This document shows positions 39,710 through 55,115 of a stretch of 64,000 nucleotides of DNA, in pieces; the first letter of the stretch is position 1; each line of letters begins with the position of its first letter. The stretch is from Parasitella parasitica NRRL 2501 (taxonomy: Eukaryota > Fungi > Mucoromycota). The position numbers and the translations under genes were made by a program. The stretch covers positions 62,001-126,000 of the forward strand of contig MU619249.1 in assembly GCA_025201805.1 (NCBI GenBank), given 5' to 3'. Below the pieces are notes generated by a model. The model made no database searches, was not told the origin of the DNA, and saw nothing but the letters and a program-made list of their open reading frames with translations.

Positions 39710-41655
39710 TTAGACATCGATCTCAAAGTTGGTAATCTGTGGCAGATAGGCACAGGCGCTCAATTCCAGTATATAAACATCGTCAAAAACATTCCTGCCA
39801 TCATAACCGCCTAATATGTATAATCTTGAGTCATGCAATACAGATGTATGGTATCCTCTTGGACTAAGCGCTCCTCCATAGATTTTCCGTGTCTCCCAGC
39901 TCATGGTAACTACAAGCAGTTAATGAGCAGTCAAGTCAATAGTGTGGTACATGCTTGATGACCCGTTAGCCGTAGCTTACCTAAATTCAACAGTAGGACA
40001 TCACTAGAATATCGGCTCCCATCATGGCCGCCAACAACAAATATATAAGAGCCAACCTGTGTTGCCGAATGCGCTAATCTAGGCACAGCACGATCTAGAT
40101 CAATCTGGTTCCAGCGATTAGAAACTGGTAAAATGCTGATTAGAAAATCGATGCCATCACACATCATTGACACGTATAATTTTACCAAGGTCCAGTACGT
40201 ATACATCACCAAAGCATTCGTGTCCATCACTGCCTCCGTATACAATGAGCTTATCTTTGACAAGGTTGCTGGTGTGGTATCCCCTAGCAATAGGCGGGTT
40301 TCCTTCTGGATGCAACAAAGACCATTTGGGTAGACTGGGGTTAGAGACGTCCAGCATGTGCACATCCGCCAGCGCACGTGCACCGTCGCCACCACCCACA
40401 ATAATGATTTTTTGATTCCATATACATGTTGTATGAGCACGTCTTGGAGACGGTGCCTCGCCATCGGTATTTGGCTTTGACCATGTCAATGTGTCGACGT
40501 TCAATACATAAAGATCATTAAAGTAGTTGGGCCCGTCTCCGCCTCCAAACACATAAAGACTGTATGATTTTTTACCTCCACCCAAATCTCTTTCCACCGT
40601 TGTGCACGAGTGAGCTCTACAAGGGGGCGGCATCTGGCCAAACGTTCGCGGCTTCGACCAGGTTAACGTATCTACAAACCTCAATTTAGAGTGCAAAAAA
40701 TCAAAGGGTGTGGAATCATTCTACTAACCCATATCCAGGATATAGAGCGTATTGAAACAGGCCTTCATGTCACATCCACCAAACACATATAGATACTCTC
40801 CAATGAGGTTGGATGAATGAGCTCGCAGAGGCCGAGAGGGGCTTCTCCCATAAGTCAACGCACGTGACCAATACATGCTAGCAGCTGGAGCAGGTGCCAC
40901 ATTCGGGCTGACGCTAATTTCAATAGCTGCCGCCATATGATCTGACATATGGACGGGTCTTTTTGAAGATTTGTGGTGCTGGTGATGGTGATGGCGATGT
41001 TGGTTTTTAAGAGTACTGCTGTTATTAGGAGCGTTGCTTTTGCTGGGATTATTACTTGCGGATGTCGTATTAGTTGCATTGGTATTAGTAGTTGATGTAT
41101 TATTGTTTATGTCGTAGCGCTGCATACTGGGAACGGTTGGAAGCGGCACGTCTTGACGTAATCTATTCATTGCGGGCGGAAAAGGCACTATTCAAGGAAA
41201 GGGTTAGAGTAGAGAAATAGGAATAGGAATAGAGAGGCCACTTGTGACATTTACTGTTCGGAGGTGGCGGTGGTGGCATGGATGTGTCTATATAGTCGTA
41301 CCGTGTGGGTGAATTGGGCATGGAATTAGATGCTAGTGTTGATAGCTCCACTTCATTCAGTGGGATGATTCCATGCTCTGGTGGAAGGGTTGGTGATTCA
41401 GGGCGATCAAAGCTATGGCAGAAGCGTAAGAATACTTGGAGGACTGCCAAACAGGCGACATTACCTTTCAAATGAATTCATGGTGGTGCTTGGATTCATA
41501 CTTGTCATGGAGGGCGAAGTCATTGGTTTGGACGCCCGGAACTGCTCATCATGGTGATGGATGGGAGAGGAAGGCGTTGATAATGTTGTGTCGTACACTT
41601 GGCTCATCCACGCTATAGGAGCTGTTGGATAAGACGCTTTCGGTCTGTCTGGCAT
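39710..41655 (-). CDS. Kelch-repeat beta-propeller protein with a low-complexity N-terminus (multi-exon)
   Basis: Six kelch blades (RAHS..YLYVFGG, YVFGGGDG..YFNDLY, PRRAHT, RGYHTS, RLAHSA, PRGYHTS..LGGYDG). The start lies next to an assembly gap. Confidence 0.88.
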
Positions 41656-41670
41656 GTTGGATGTCTATCT

Positions 41671-41702
<32 letters not shown>

Positions 41703-42332
41703 NNNNNNNNNNNNNNNNNNNNNNNNNNNNNNNNNNNNNNNNNNNNNNNNNNNNNNNNNNNNNNNNNNNNNNNNNNNNNNNNNNNNNNNNNNNNNNNNNN
41801 NNNNNNNNNNNNNNNNNNNNNNNNNNNNNNNNNNNNNNNNNNNNNNNNNNNNNNNNNNNNNNNNNNNNNNNNNNNNNNNNNNNNNNNNNNNNNNNNNNNN
41901 NNNNNNNNNNNNNNNNNNNNNNNNNNNNNNNNNNNNNNNNNNNNNNNNNNNNNNNNNNNNNNNNNNNNNNNNNNNNNNNNNNNNNNNNNNNNNNNNNNNN
42001 NNNNNNNNNNNNNNNNNNNNNNNNNNNNNNNNNNNNNNNNNNNNNNNNNNNNNNNNNNNNNNNNNNNNNNNNNNNNNNNNNNNNNNNNNNNNNNNNNNNN
42101 NNNNNNNNNNNNNNNNNNNNNNNNNNNNNNNNNNNNNNNNNNNNNNNNNNNNNNNNNNNNNNNNNNNNNNNNNNNNNNNNNNNNNNNNNNNNNNNNNNNN
42201 NNNNNNNNNNNNNNNNNNNNNNNNNNNNNNNNNNNNNNNNNNNNNNNNNNNNNNNNNNNNNNNNNNNNNNNNNNNNNNNNNNNNNNNNNNNNNNNNNNNN
42301 NNNNNNNNNNNNNNNNNNNNNNNNNNNNNNNN
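41703..42332. other. Assembly gap (N run)
   Basis: 630 consecutive N flanked by a long poly-T; two further 10-N gaps at 53321-53330 and 57459-57468. Confidence 1.
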
Positions 42333-42339
42333 GTTTTAG

Positions 42340-43314
42340 GATCGCATCTCGAGACGGATTCAACCTGGCACCAGTGGAGCACAGACACCAATTGTAGCTG
42401 AAAATCGAAAGGATCGTCTGATGAAAGAACAAAAGGTTTGTAACCCGTGCATCATGTTTAGGTTGCAATTGTTTATAGTAACACGAGCATAAACAGGATG
42501 CATCAAACAAAGCGAGATACAGAGTGATTCATCAAAACAGATCTAAAGCAGACGAGAATGTCCCACCAGCGTAAAGCTTATGCCGCTCATTTGACGCAAT
42601 TATTCTGAATGTAACGGCTCTCATATTAGTGTACAAAGCTCATCCGAAAAGGCTGCAAAAGACCTATTTCAAATGTTTGAGGCTGTTAAAGACGAAGATA
42701 CTACAAAACAAGCCAAGTAAGTCTTTTGATTCTGTGCACAGAAAGGCCGTGGATGTCTGACCCTGTTGGTTTTTTTTTTGACAGGCTATTTGTCGACGAT
42801 GATATCGAAGACCCTGATGATATAATGTGTAACTTTATCCCTATGGTAAAGGAATACTTGACACGTAAGGGGTTCATTTGCGCTAGCTGAAAGCCGTTTT
42901 GTTTACGCCATTCAAACAGTACAGGAAAAGGAGGAGGAAGACTATGTGTATGATGTTTATTATAGAGACGACGAAAATACTGAGCAAAATGTGGCCTTGA
43001 TGAATGTCGGCTCCCTTGTTTGGTTTGATGAGCAATCAGAATACTTGGACGACGACTCAGATAGTGAACTTGGAGACAATGTCGATGAGGATTCAAATGG
43101 TAAATTTGTGTTGATTCCAAGCATTATCATTTTGCATTAATCATGATGGAGCAGCTGAAGATTATTATCAGAACGATTACCCAGACGAGGAAGACAGCGA
43201 TGAATTCGAAGATCGTAAGTGCAATTTGTTCAATCGTCGCCTTGTCCTTGACTAAATTGAAAATTAGAACATGATTACGATCTTTCGACCGACGATGAAG
43301 ACTATGATTTGTAA
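42340..43314 (+). CDS. IWR1: RNA polymerase II nuclear import factor Iwr1 (5' end lost in the gap; several short exons)
   Basis: Spliced product contains FIPMVKEYL, EDYVYDVYYRD and DEDSN/AEDYYQNDYPDEED, the Iwr1 signature motifs. Confidence 0.85.
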
Positions 43315-43670
43315 TATGCGAAAAGAACAAGGTGCCAAGAAATTCTAGGATCTCTGCCTTTTTTTTTCCACATTGTGCAAGAAGCTGTATCAATCTTTCT
43401 TTTTCATTGTGAAAAAAAAAAAAATAGTAAAAGATTACTGGCAACGGCTTTTACCATCGCATATAATGAGAGCATAGTAAATGCTGCCTTCTCTTCTCTA
43501 GTACTTTTGTAAGCATTAAAGTTGTGGTGACAACGTACGATGGGAGATGAGAGCACTGCAGAAATGAGTGTCAACATATAAATTGCAAAGAGTGTAAAGT
43601 TTATGGGTCTTGTATCTGACTTTTATTCGTATGTTATCATATTCTCTGCGCACAGCATCGATACCGCTGA

Positions 43671-44348
43671 TTAGATGGCAGCGATATGGCGGTATTGCGC
43701 ACGGTTATTCTCCTGCTGCAACTTTGGCTGCAACCACTTTTTCAACAATGCACCTGACAAAGACGTTGAATTTTTGGACGTAGCCGTAATGATGGATGCA
43801 AATGAGCACTGAGATTTTGAGCGGCGAAGGTATACAAGCGGCTGCGGCTGTTGCTTTTGTTGATGAATCCGGTACTTGGCAGCATTACGCTTATGCTTTG
43901 GAAACTGTTTATGCATTTGGTCCTCCAAGCACAGCAGAGCTCTTTCAATGCCCATGATATGAGAAGCATGCACCTTGGCGTCGTTTGCTTCTTGGTCAAT
44001 CTGCTCATGCTTTTTCTTCTTCTTTAGATGCCATTCGGAAAATTCCTTCTCCACAGTGTCGTATACACAATGAATCTTCTCATGTTCATCAGCAGTGACC
44101 CAGACATCAGATTCCACTAGCTGATTGAGTTTATCACGCACTTTGGCCAGTTCCGTTACGGCTTTGGCAAGATTGTTTCGAATTTTGAAAAGACTTCGTT
44201 CGTGCTGCTGCACTCGTTTTTGCTGTTCGTGTAGCAGCTTTATACGGGTTTCTCTCATTTTCCGTAGTTCAAGATAATGTTCATACAAGGCTGAAGCTTG
44301 CTGCTGATGCTGCTGCTGCTGCTGCTGCTGATTTAATTGATTGTTCAT
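43671..44348 (-). CDS. Uncharacterised coiled-coil protein (225 aa, poly-Q N-terminus)
   Basis: Intact single-exon ORF with heptad-like charged composition; no recognised family. Confidence 0.7.
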   Translation of the reverse strand: MNNQLNQQQQQQQHQQQASALYEHYLELRKMRETRIKLLHEQQKRVQQHERSLFKIRNNLAKAVTELAKVRDKLNQLVESDVWVTADEHEKIHCVYDTVEKEFSEWHLKKKKKHEQIDQEANDAKVHASHIMGIERALLCLEDQMHKQFPKHKRNAAKYRIHQQKQQPQPLVYLRRSKSQCSFASIITATSKNSTSLSGALLKKWLQPKLQQENNRAQYRHIAAI

Positions 44349-44748
44349 TGGGTTTATAATGCAGAGAAGATCGAATAAGAAAGAAACGAATTATTCGGGA
44401 TCGAGGCCTACTAGGTTTTGATATGTCAAATCAATCCTCTCGATAGCAATTTAAGCTATATTCTTGCTATTTGTTTGTAAATGTAATTTCCTCTCTTTTT
44501 TATTGTGACAAAACGTAGAACGTTAGATAAACGGGAATTTTTTTTTTTGTGTGTGTACATACTACCAAGTATATTTACAGTGTGATGCTTATTTACAGAA
44601 CTTGGACCCACCTATAGTATATATACATAAAAAAAAAACCCAAGCAAAATTCAGTAAAATAAAGTATAACTCAGAAAAGGAGAAACCTCTGCGAATGAAT
44701 GATATATGAAGAGAGTCTCTCTTTACGTCGTTATATTTATTATAGCCC

Positions 44749-47216
<2,468 letters not shown>

Positions 47217-47463
47217 TTCTCTATAGTCGGTTTTTTGTATATTGGAAGAAAGGGAAAGAAAGAAAAAGGGAAAACAAGGCTAGCGGGAAGGGAAAAATAA
47301 TAATACCACACATATGGTATACCTCCAAAATGAGGGTAACTTTATTTGTTCCTGTTTCGCATATTCCACGTTGAAGGGTGCATAAATAGACTTGGCGCCA
47401 GAGTTAGTTAGTTTATTAACAACATCTTCAGAATATACGCTATACAGATCGAATAATTATCAG

Positions 47464-49223
47464 CTACTCTTTACTCGCTTGGGATCCGTCTTGGAACATT
47501 TCGTAGGCATGGTGCATCTATTTTACATTGACAAGAGATTAGGGTATATTTATATTGGCAGGCTAGATTAGCATTACCTGCTGTTCAAGGTTCTTTTTCT
47601 TCTCCGAATCAGCATAATAATTCAGCAACTCAAATGCTATTCCACACCAATACGGGCCTTGTGGCTCTGATCTATGTTTACACTTACTAAGTAAAAGCTC
47701 CATCTTTTCTAAAGGTACCAATGCATAAACAATACTTCAAGTAGCATGTGATTCCCTCGTTCCAAGCAACAACAATCAAGTAATACAGTTCGCTTTGGGG
47801 GTAATTTACCTAAACCAGATTACACTGTGAATCACTGGATGATAGTATCAAATAATACTTTAATACACCTTACGTTTTGATACACTTTTTGTTCGACTAT
47901 TGTTTTCATGCATTGATACAAATCAGCAGAGATTTTCCTCTTTAATGCAACAAATACAAGGATTCGCGTCCATTTTGCATATTCATTAATATTTGCCTGA
48001 ATGAGCTTAGTCGATAGATGGAGATTCTAATACATTTTACAACATGAACATTCAATGCTAGAGACTGCTTGTATATTCAACTAACCCTCAGGACAAGAAA
48101 AGCGCCTATTTGCAATTACGCGTTAAAGATATGCGCATGGGGTTTCTTATCAACGCAATAAAGGTTTACTTACAATTAATGGGACATTGGGGATTTAGTA
48201 GTACAATGCCTTCTTAAATCAGATCAATTCTGGAAAGAGATCAAACTTTTGGATTATTCTGTGTTACCTGCCATCCGTGCTAGTAAAGAATAGGAACACT
48301 CGGGTAAACTTTCAATCGTCTACAGCAATCATGGTCAATGTTGAAGGTCGTATGTATCCACAAAGGCTTACCTCAAATAATCCATACGCTTTCTCAAAGT
48401 TGTTTTGGTGCGAATATATCTCCAATTCAAATACGGTAGCGAGCATTGTAATGGCGTCACTCTTACCATCTTCTTTCACAGACTGAAGCATCTGAACAAC
48501 TGCTTCGCTATTTACGTTCATAGAGTGCGTCCATCCTTCACCATTCTATAAGTATATTTTAGGACCATGCTGTCGGATCTGCCATAATATACATTACCTC
48601 TAACGCATTACGATACATTAAAATGTAAGATGATGTGAATAAGAAAGTACGGACTCGGTCTTGTTCTTTGGTAAAGTACGAAATGTTGTCGAAATAAGGA
48701 AACAACTATAAATTATTTCAATATACAACTAGTATGAATGTAAAGCATGCGAAACATGATGTCTAGCGTGTACATCTCAAGCTACCTCGCTGATAACTTC
48801 AAATAAGCACATTCCTTCATTATTTCTCCCTGCACTAAAGCAAAACAACCCAAGGTTCCATGATGTTTGAAGCATCCATTCCAAATCACTCATGAGATTG
48901 TGGTTAGTTTTGCTGTCTTTTTGTCCAGACACAAACTTGTTCATGTCAACATTTCTCAGCAAATCGACAACTACTCAAATCAGAATGTGCGAATTTTTTT
49001 TTTCCAGAAAAATCAACTTACTGGAAAGCATGAATGCAGCAATAGAGCTGAATCCGAGTTTTCTAAATCAGTGGATCTAATAATCAATCATTGTGTGTAC
49101 AAGCATAGACAGCCACAACACATGTTTTACCCTGTTCTTGACATGCCATCATTCTTTATTTCTTCATAAACCGTCGTTTTGATATGAATCAAGCATCTAT
49201 AGTTATAATCATTAATAACGGTC

Positions 49224-49254
<31 letters not shown>

Positions 49255-52066
49255 ACTATAATACCTTAGAATCCATACGAATATGTCTAGCTGCAAGCAT
49301 TGATTATTGTATAAAAGATCTTTATCGTCAGGTGTATTGACATCATTGGCTTCATAATAATTCAGTACATAGACTAATACGACTTTTAACACAGAGGTTT
49401 TCTTGCTATATTTGTAACAGCGTTCCAAGATATCCACAAAATAGCTTGGTTTGAATGAAGTTGATTCAATAATATCCTCCATAAGATCGTTCACCACTAT
49501 AGCAAGAAATAAGTGTATCTATCTAATATTTAATTATATATGCTGTAAATACAAACATTGATAATGAGGCAGTGTTTCCTGCATTAAGCCATACTGTAAT
49601 AATAAGATGAAATCCTCCGTGCTCCAATTTGATGGGTTTTCATGGCATTTTTTCATGCACTGAAAAGCAGAGTGAGGATCATTGTTTGTTATGTGGCAGA
49701 ACGCAAGTTTTCTATGTACAAGATTAGATGTCAATTTTTTCCTAACGTGTAGTGTATTACTTTGCCAAGATGATTGCATTATCAGTTCCTTGAAATGTCG
49801 ACTGTGTTGCGCTGTATGCATAATGATACCATGATAAAGCCTCTCCATAACAGTATTTCTATAATACCAGTTCTCAGTTTTAGAAATGTCTTGAGGGTTT
49901 TCAGATTTAATTTAATTTACACTGTAAAAAAAATCGCCAGTTCTCCATAGTATCTATAGTATAATGTCCACCAAAATTAGTTTGGCGTTGTTGAATGTTC
50001 CTTGAATGTATTTACGATCTGAATGGCCGATAGATCGACTTCTTGTAAATCCTCTTTGATAAGAAATATAGCTTTTGCCAGCAGTAAAAATTAGATTTAT
50101 AAACTTGTGCACATGTGTATACAGTCATCTTGCGTTACCATCCATGGCAGATCGAATTAAAGCGTCATTACTTTGCGCTAATAATCTACTATTCTCCACA
50201 ACCAAATCTGACAAGATGTATATCTTGCACAAATAAAGTGTGCTGCTATCCACTGAAGTTCCGATTAGATTGTTTTCTGCTCTATGGATCAATAAATCCA
50301 ATCCATCCATGAGAGACGATATACTATTATACATTAAATTCTTGTCAAGGATGAATTGCATGGTAAATTTTGTACCTAATGTAGGAATTTTGGTTCAATT
50401 TTCGCGTAATCAACACCAAACTAAGACAAACACCATCGGGTAAGTACAGTTTAGGGATATATGGATTGTCCAAATATATTTACATATTCAGTTCATCGGC
50501 AATTATAACAATGTTTTCAACCATTTTGAAGTATTCTGGCCAAGAGTAATTAAGCCTAGATGCCACAATTTACAATTGAATACTTACCAGTTTGTAATGC
50601 TGTTTGAAGGGGATCACTGACAGAAGAAACGGCTTTGAGCAGTAGCTGGATCTTGGCTTGATAGTACTGTACACCTGCTTTCTTTTCCTAATATAAATTA
50701 GCTATGAGCATATAGTATGGTACTTAGCGTATGTATTTACCTGATGGAATGCCTTTTCAAATGTTTCTAATACCCCCTTTAATACATCAGGACGTAAAAT
50801 ATGGGTATCTTTTTGGCAAACGTTCACTTGAAGAAATAACTTAGTGCCGTGTCAAAAAGAAGCTAATCTACGACTTACCGATCAGGTCAAATAGAGGGTT
50901 CTGTGTATGCGTCATTTAGCAACTACAAAGTAAAACAAATTGTTGTATTTTTCACGTACATAGAGATACTTTGGCAATGAAGCGCTTCCTTTGCACTGTA
51001 ACACTTTCTCCAGGGCTTCGAAAACCCAAGTTATCACTTTTACAGATGATTTCAATGCAGACTTTGACATGCCAGCGCCAGTGTCGATAATCAAATAGCA
51101 CAAATAAGCAATCTAGATGTACAAAACATTAATTGCGTACACGTTCGCTCGTTGTCTACTATGCCTTTATATATATTACTTCATCTGATTTTTGATCTGC
51201 AGACATGAAAAGGACAAGGTGAATTGCCTTACCAAATAGTATTGTACACTCTGACCAATTATCAGAGCGGGTAGCCTTTGGTGCAGATGTTAATGAACTT
51301 GATATAATTATGTATTTTAGGATATACGTACGTATTCTGATTGATAAATATAGCATTTTATGATATCCTTGATACAATGGTAGGGTAAATCACTGTTTAG
51401 ATCAATATCGTTATATTTTTTCATTTCATTGATTAAATTCGGTTCAATATATATCAGTTTATCACAATCTATGTATAGTTTTTAATGCTTCGTCATACAG
51501 CGAATATTTGCATGAATGTACCTAACCAGATTTTGAATAAAGCTGTAATAATGTGCAAATACGACCAAGAGTTATTATCTTTCCACTGCTGATTTTTGCT
51601 CAAAATATTGAAGCAAATGTCTTTTACTGTTCAGTAGTCATATATGATAATTAAAGCCTATGAAAGCCATTGATATATCGTTTGTATATTTACATGTGGC
51701 CACAACGGCCAGTTTTTGTGTATTTTTGGTATTGACGAGAATGACCATCTCGATTGTCATGTTCCATAACTTCAATGCTAGGAACAGTCAGTAAGAAAAA
51801 ATTGCTTCTTTTAAATGACACAGTATACATTTTACTGATATATACCGTATTGTGTTAGCTTCTTTCCTTCCTCGTCGTTTTGCACTGCATCTAATTGCTT
51901 TGATCTATCCCATATCCTTTTGATGAATGCCCCATTATCGCTTAGGTTGGTAATGTTCAATGTAGGCAGTAAATCCTCAAGAAAAACTGGTTTTTTTTTA
52001 TTTACATTAAAGCGAATCCAAATAGTCAGGTCATTATCATTTACATGTTAGTTGCTTTTGCTGCAT
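47464..52066 (-). CDS. SPO22: Meiotic TPR protein Zip4/Spo22/TEX11 (many short AT-rich exons)
   Basis: Reconstructed exons include ALKLWNMTIE (N-terminus), LEWMLQTSWNLG, YPQSELYYLIVVAWNEGITC and YWCGIAFELL (C-terminus), matching the Spo22/TEX11 pattern; dense GT-AG signals across 4.6 kb. Confidence 0.75.
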
Positions 52067-52264
52067 GATTTCTTGTTACACACAAAGCAGGAAGAAGAGC
52101 AGTTGCAGCGCCGCATGTTCAGAGGAGGTTGGCGAAGACGGCACTCCAAACAAGTAAGCCACAAACTTGCAAGGGGTTTATTCAAACTGAAGGAAGGACC
52201 TTCAACCCAGGTCTTTCTTTTTTTGTATTTTAAGCCTTGTATTATTACTCTCTAATTATACAAC

Positions 52265-52708
52265 ATGTCGAAAAAGACTCAAGCAGCCGAAGTTTTCGTG
52301 AAGCTTTTAGTTGGAGCAGGTAAAGCATCTCCTTCACCACCTGTTGGCCCTGCCTTGGGTGCTCGTGGTGTCAAATCGATGGACTTTTGTAAGCAATTCA
52401 ACGACAAGACCAAGCACATTGTTACAGAGACACCTTTACCCACTGTCATCACCATTAAACCCGACCGTACTTTTACATTCGTTGTAAAATCTCCTCCTAC
52501 AACATACTTCTTGAAGAGGGCTGCAGGGATTGCAAAGGGTGCTCAAACCGCCGGCACTGAGGTGGTCGGCACTGTCAGTTTAAAGCATATTTACGAAATT
52601 GCCAAGATTAAGCAAGTAGATGCCAACTTGAAGCATTTGTCACTAGAAAGCATTTCTAGCAGCATAATCGGTGTAGCCAAGAGCGTTGGCATTCAAGTTG
52701 TCCACTAA
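52265..52708 (+). CDS. MRPL11: Mitochondrial ribosomal protein uL11m
   Basis: [51 protein letters not shown]; intronless. Confidence 0.95.
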   Translation: MSKKTQAAEVFVKLLVGAGKASPSPPVGPALGARGVKSMDFCKQFNDKTKHIVTETPLPTVITIKPDRTFTFVVKSPPTTYFLKRAAGIAKGAQTAGTEVVGTVSLKHIYEIAKIKQVDANLKHLSLESISSSIIGVAKSVGIQVVH

Positions 52709-53781
52709 ATTAGACTCAATTCCTCTAGGCATCTCCCCCTCCTCCACCTTTTGTTGTTTGGATTGAAAGGATTTGCCTCGAAAATCGATTACACTGTATC
52801 ATATACGAATTGCCAAGTATACACACACATATTACGCAACGCCCACCCACCCACCCACATAACAATAACACATTCGACAAAAAAAAAAATATAGAAAAAA
52901 ATCGAATAAAAAGTAAAATGAATACAATTATTATGAAATTATAGCCTTGGGGTCGTATAAAAAAATTAATTTGTCTAAACTATCTGCTTTTATGCCTGCT
53001 TGAATCATGTGGTTATCGTGTGTTTTGCTTGCGAACCTCTATCATTAGAACTATGTGAATGTGTTGGCGCATGGCTCAAATGTGTGCAGTTATATCAAGT
53101 CATGTATTGTAGTTGCCGTGTCTACTCTAGAAAACTGATTAAAATCGAAATGCTTAGATTTTTGTCGGGTACTTGCAATCTATAGGTTAACTTTGGGATC
53201 ATCTATTCGGGAGTTTCTCAGAACATACGATCCAAATACTGATTGCCCAAACATCTCTGTGTATATGCAGAGCTGTAAACATGTTTATTTTTTTTATTAA
53301 TTCTAATTTCAAAATGCTCANNNNNNNNNNAAAAAAAAAAAAAAAAAAAAAAAAAGTGCAGATTATGCTTATGCGAGATGAGACAGATCAAATGACAATA
53401 AACGCCATTGATTGCTATTCAAATTTACTACCATACTCATTTTAAGCTTAGTTTCATTTGTCCTGATGGACAGGTCAACTCACTGATGTACCTTGGACCC
53501 TACAGCTTGCATATTTTGCCATGATGATGATGCTATATTGCTGATATACCTTATAATCTCCACCCGATCTTACTGCCATATTCTGCAGAGCTAATTGACA
53601 TGCCGCATGTGTATATACTAATCCCAAACAAAAAAGCTATTGAATTCAAATTAAACAGTGATAAATTATGTCAATCGGTTAACAACTACAACTAATTTTT
53701 GAATATTTTGCTATTTATTGGAATAATATGATATTAAGATAAGAAAAAGAAAAAAAACGATAAATATATATACAAGGAAGA

Positions 53782-54024
53782 TCAAGTGCTTCTGCTTAAT
53801 TCAGTATCACTAGAATAAGCGCCATCGAAACCGACGATGCCCATTTCGTTATTTTTGAATGGCAAACCTTTACGAATCTTGACGGTAGGTGGTAAAAAGG
53901 GCGATGGGAGATTTCTTTTCAAAGCAGCATCTGGATTTAGCGGAATTGGGGATGCGTCTGTTGTATAATGTGCACATAGCAACAAGGCGATAGTTATTAA
54001 TACTGAGTGTAATTCGAGCTTCAT
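53782..54024 (-). CDS. Small secreted protein/peptide precursor (80 aa)
   Basis: MKLELHSVLITIALLLCAHYTTDA|SPIP signal peptide, a short propeptide ending in KR, and TATAAA about 90 nt upstream. Confidence 0.65.
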   Translation of the reverse strand: MKLELHSVLITIALLLCAHYTTDASPIPLNPDAALKRNLPSPFLPPTVKIRKGLPFKNNEMGIVGFDGAYSSDTELSRST

Positions 54025-55115
54025 ATTAAATCTCTTTTGTGTATATACAATTGTAGTCAGGAAAGAAAGGATGAGTAAAAATCTGTAATCTGGATCAGGC
54101 TCCTCCTGTTTATAAAAGGGGGTTTCCAAGTTTCACAAGAAAGAAGTCCCTATTATTGTAAAAATCTTGTGGAATTACCAATTTAGACAATGGCAATTAC
54201 TACTGGAGGAGAAGGCCGGACAGCATGTCGGACACCCAACGCAGAATGTAGATCCTATCAGGTCACCAGACCTTGAGTTTGAGCATGTGCGAAGCACTAA
54301 CATGCTAAACACGAGTTTGCTCGATTTAGTAGTAGCTTATCTCGAAACGTACATAGCAAGTTAAGCGAGTGCATCTGATGGTATGAGTCGCAAGCACATT
54401 GATCTGCTATAATTATAGGTAGGAGACCATGAAAATGTAGTTCAATTGAAGATTGAAGATTGTCCAATAATGTGATGTGATACGCTTGTGTAAATTGGAG
54501 AATAAAGTCTCTGTTTCAAATCAAGAAGGTTATTCCTGTAAGTAACACAGATCTGAGCACCAGGGTAAAGGTAAGGCACTGTCAGATCAAGGACGGGTAT
54601 TTCTTGTTGTATAAGCCTACGTTGTACCCTATCAAGTAGATTTTTACTGGGAATCAGCCTTGTCAAGTAGTAATCTAAATAAGTCTCCATAAATTTATGT
54701 ATTTGTAAAAGGTATAAATAGCAGATGCAATTTCGATCTTAAATAAAGTATCTTTAAGTTTTCGTATCTCGTTAACCTCTGATTTTATTGTTTATACCCG
54801 AAACACATTACTTGAGTGTTCTAGATGCTACTGGAATCATCTTTTATATCAGTATATTGAACCATACACGAGACTATCCGCTTGGTTTTTCATAACATAT
54901 AAACATATATGTAACGTTTGCAAACAAGTACAACCCGTTTTTTTTTATGTATGTGCATTGTGTAGCTATATATATATACAGCATACTTTATAGATCACTG
55001 TCAAGTACAGATTGATTAAAATATTTAATTATGTAGATTCAAAGAAACTTTTGTATATTTGATATATGCGGAGGGGATGATATGTAAATATAGTAAAACT
55101 GGGAAGGCTGTACAT

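Noticed and set aside
41549-42510. Long ORFs of 246-281 aa in the ORF track
   Set aside because: Artefacts of translating through the N gap.
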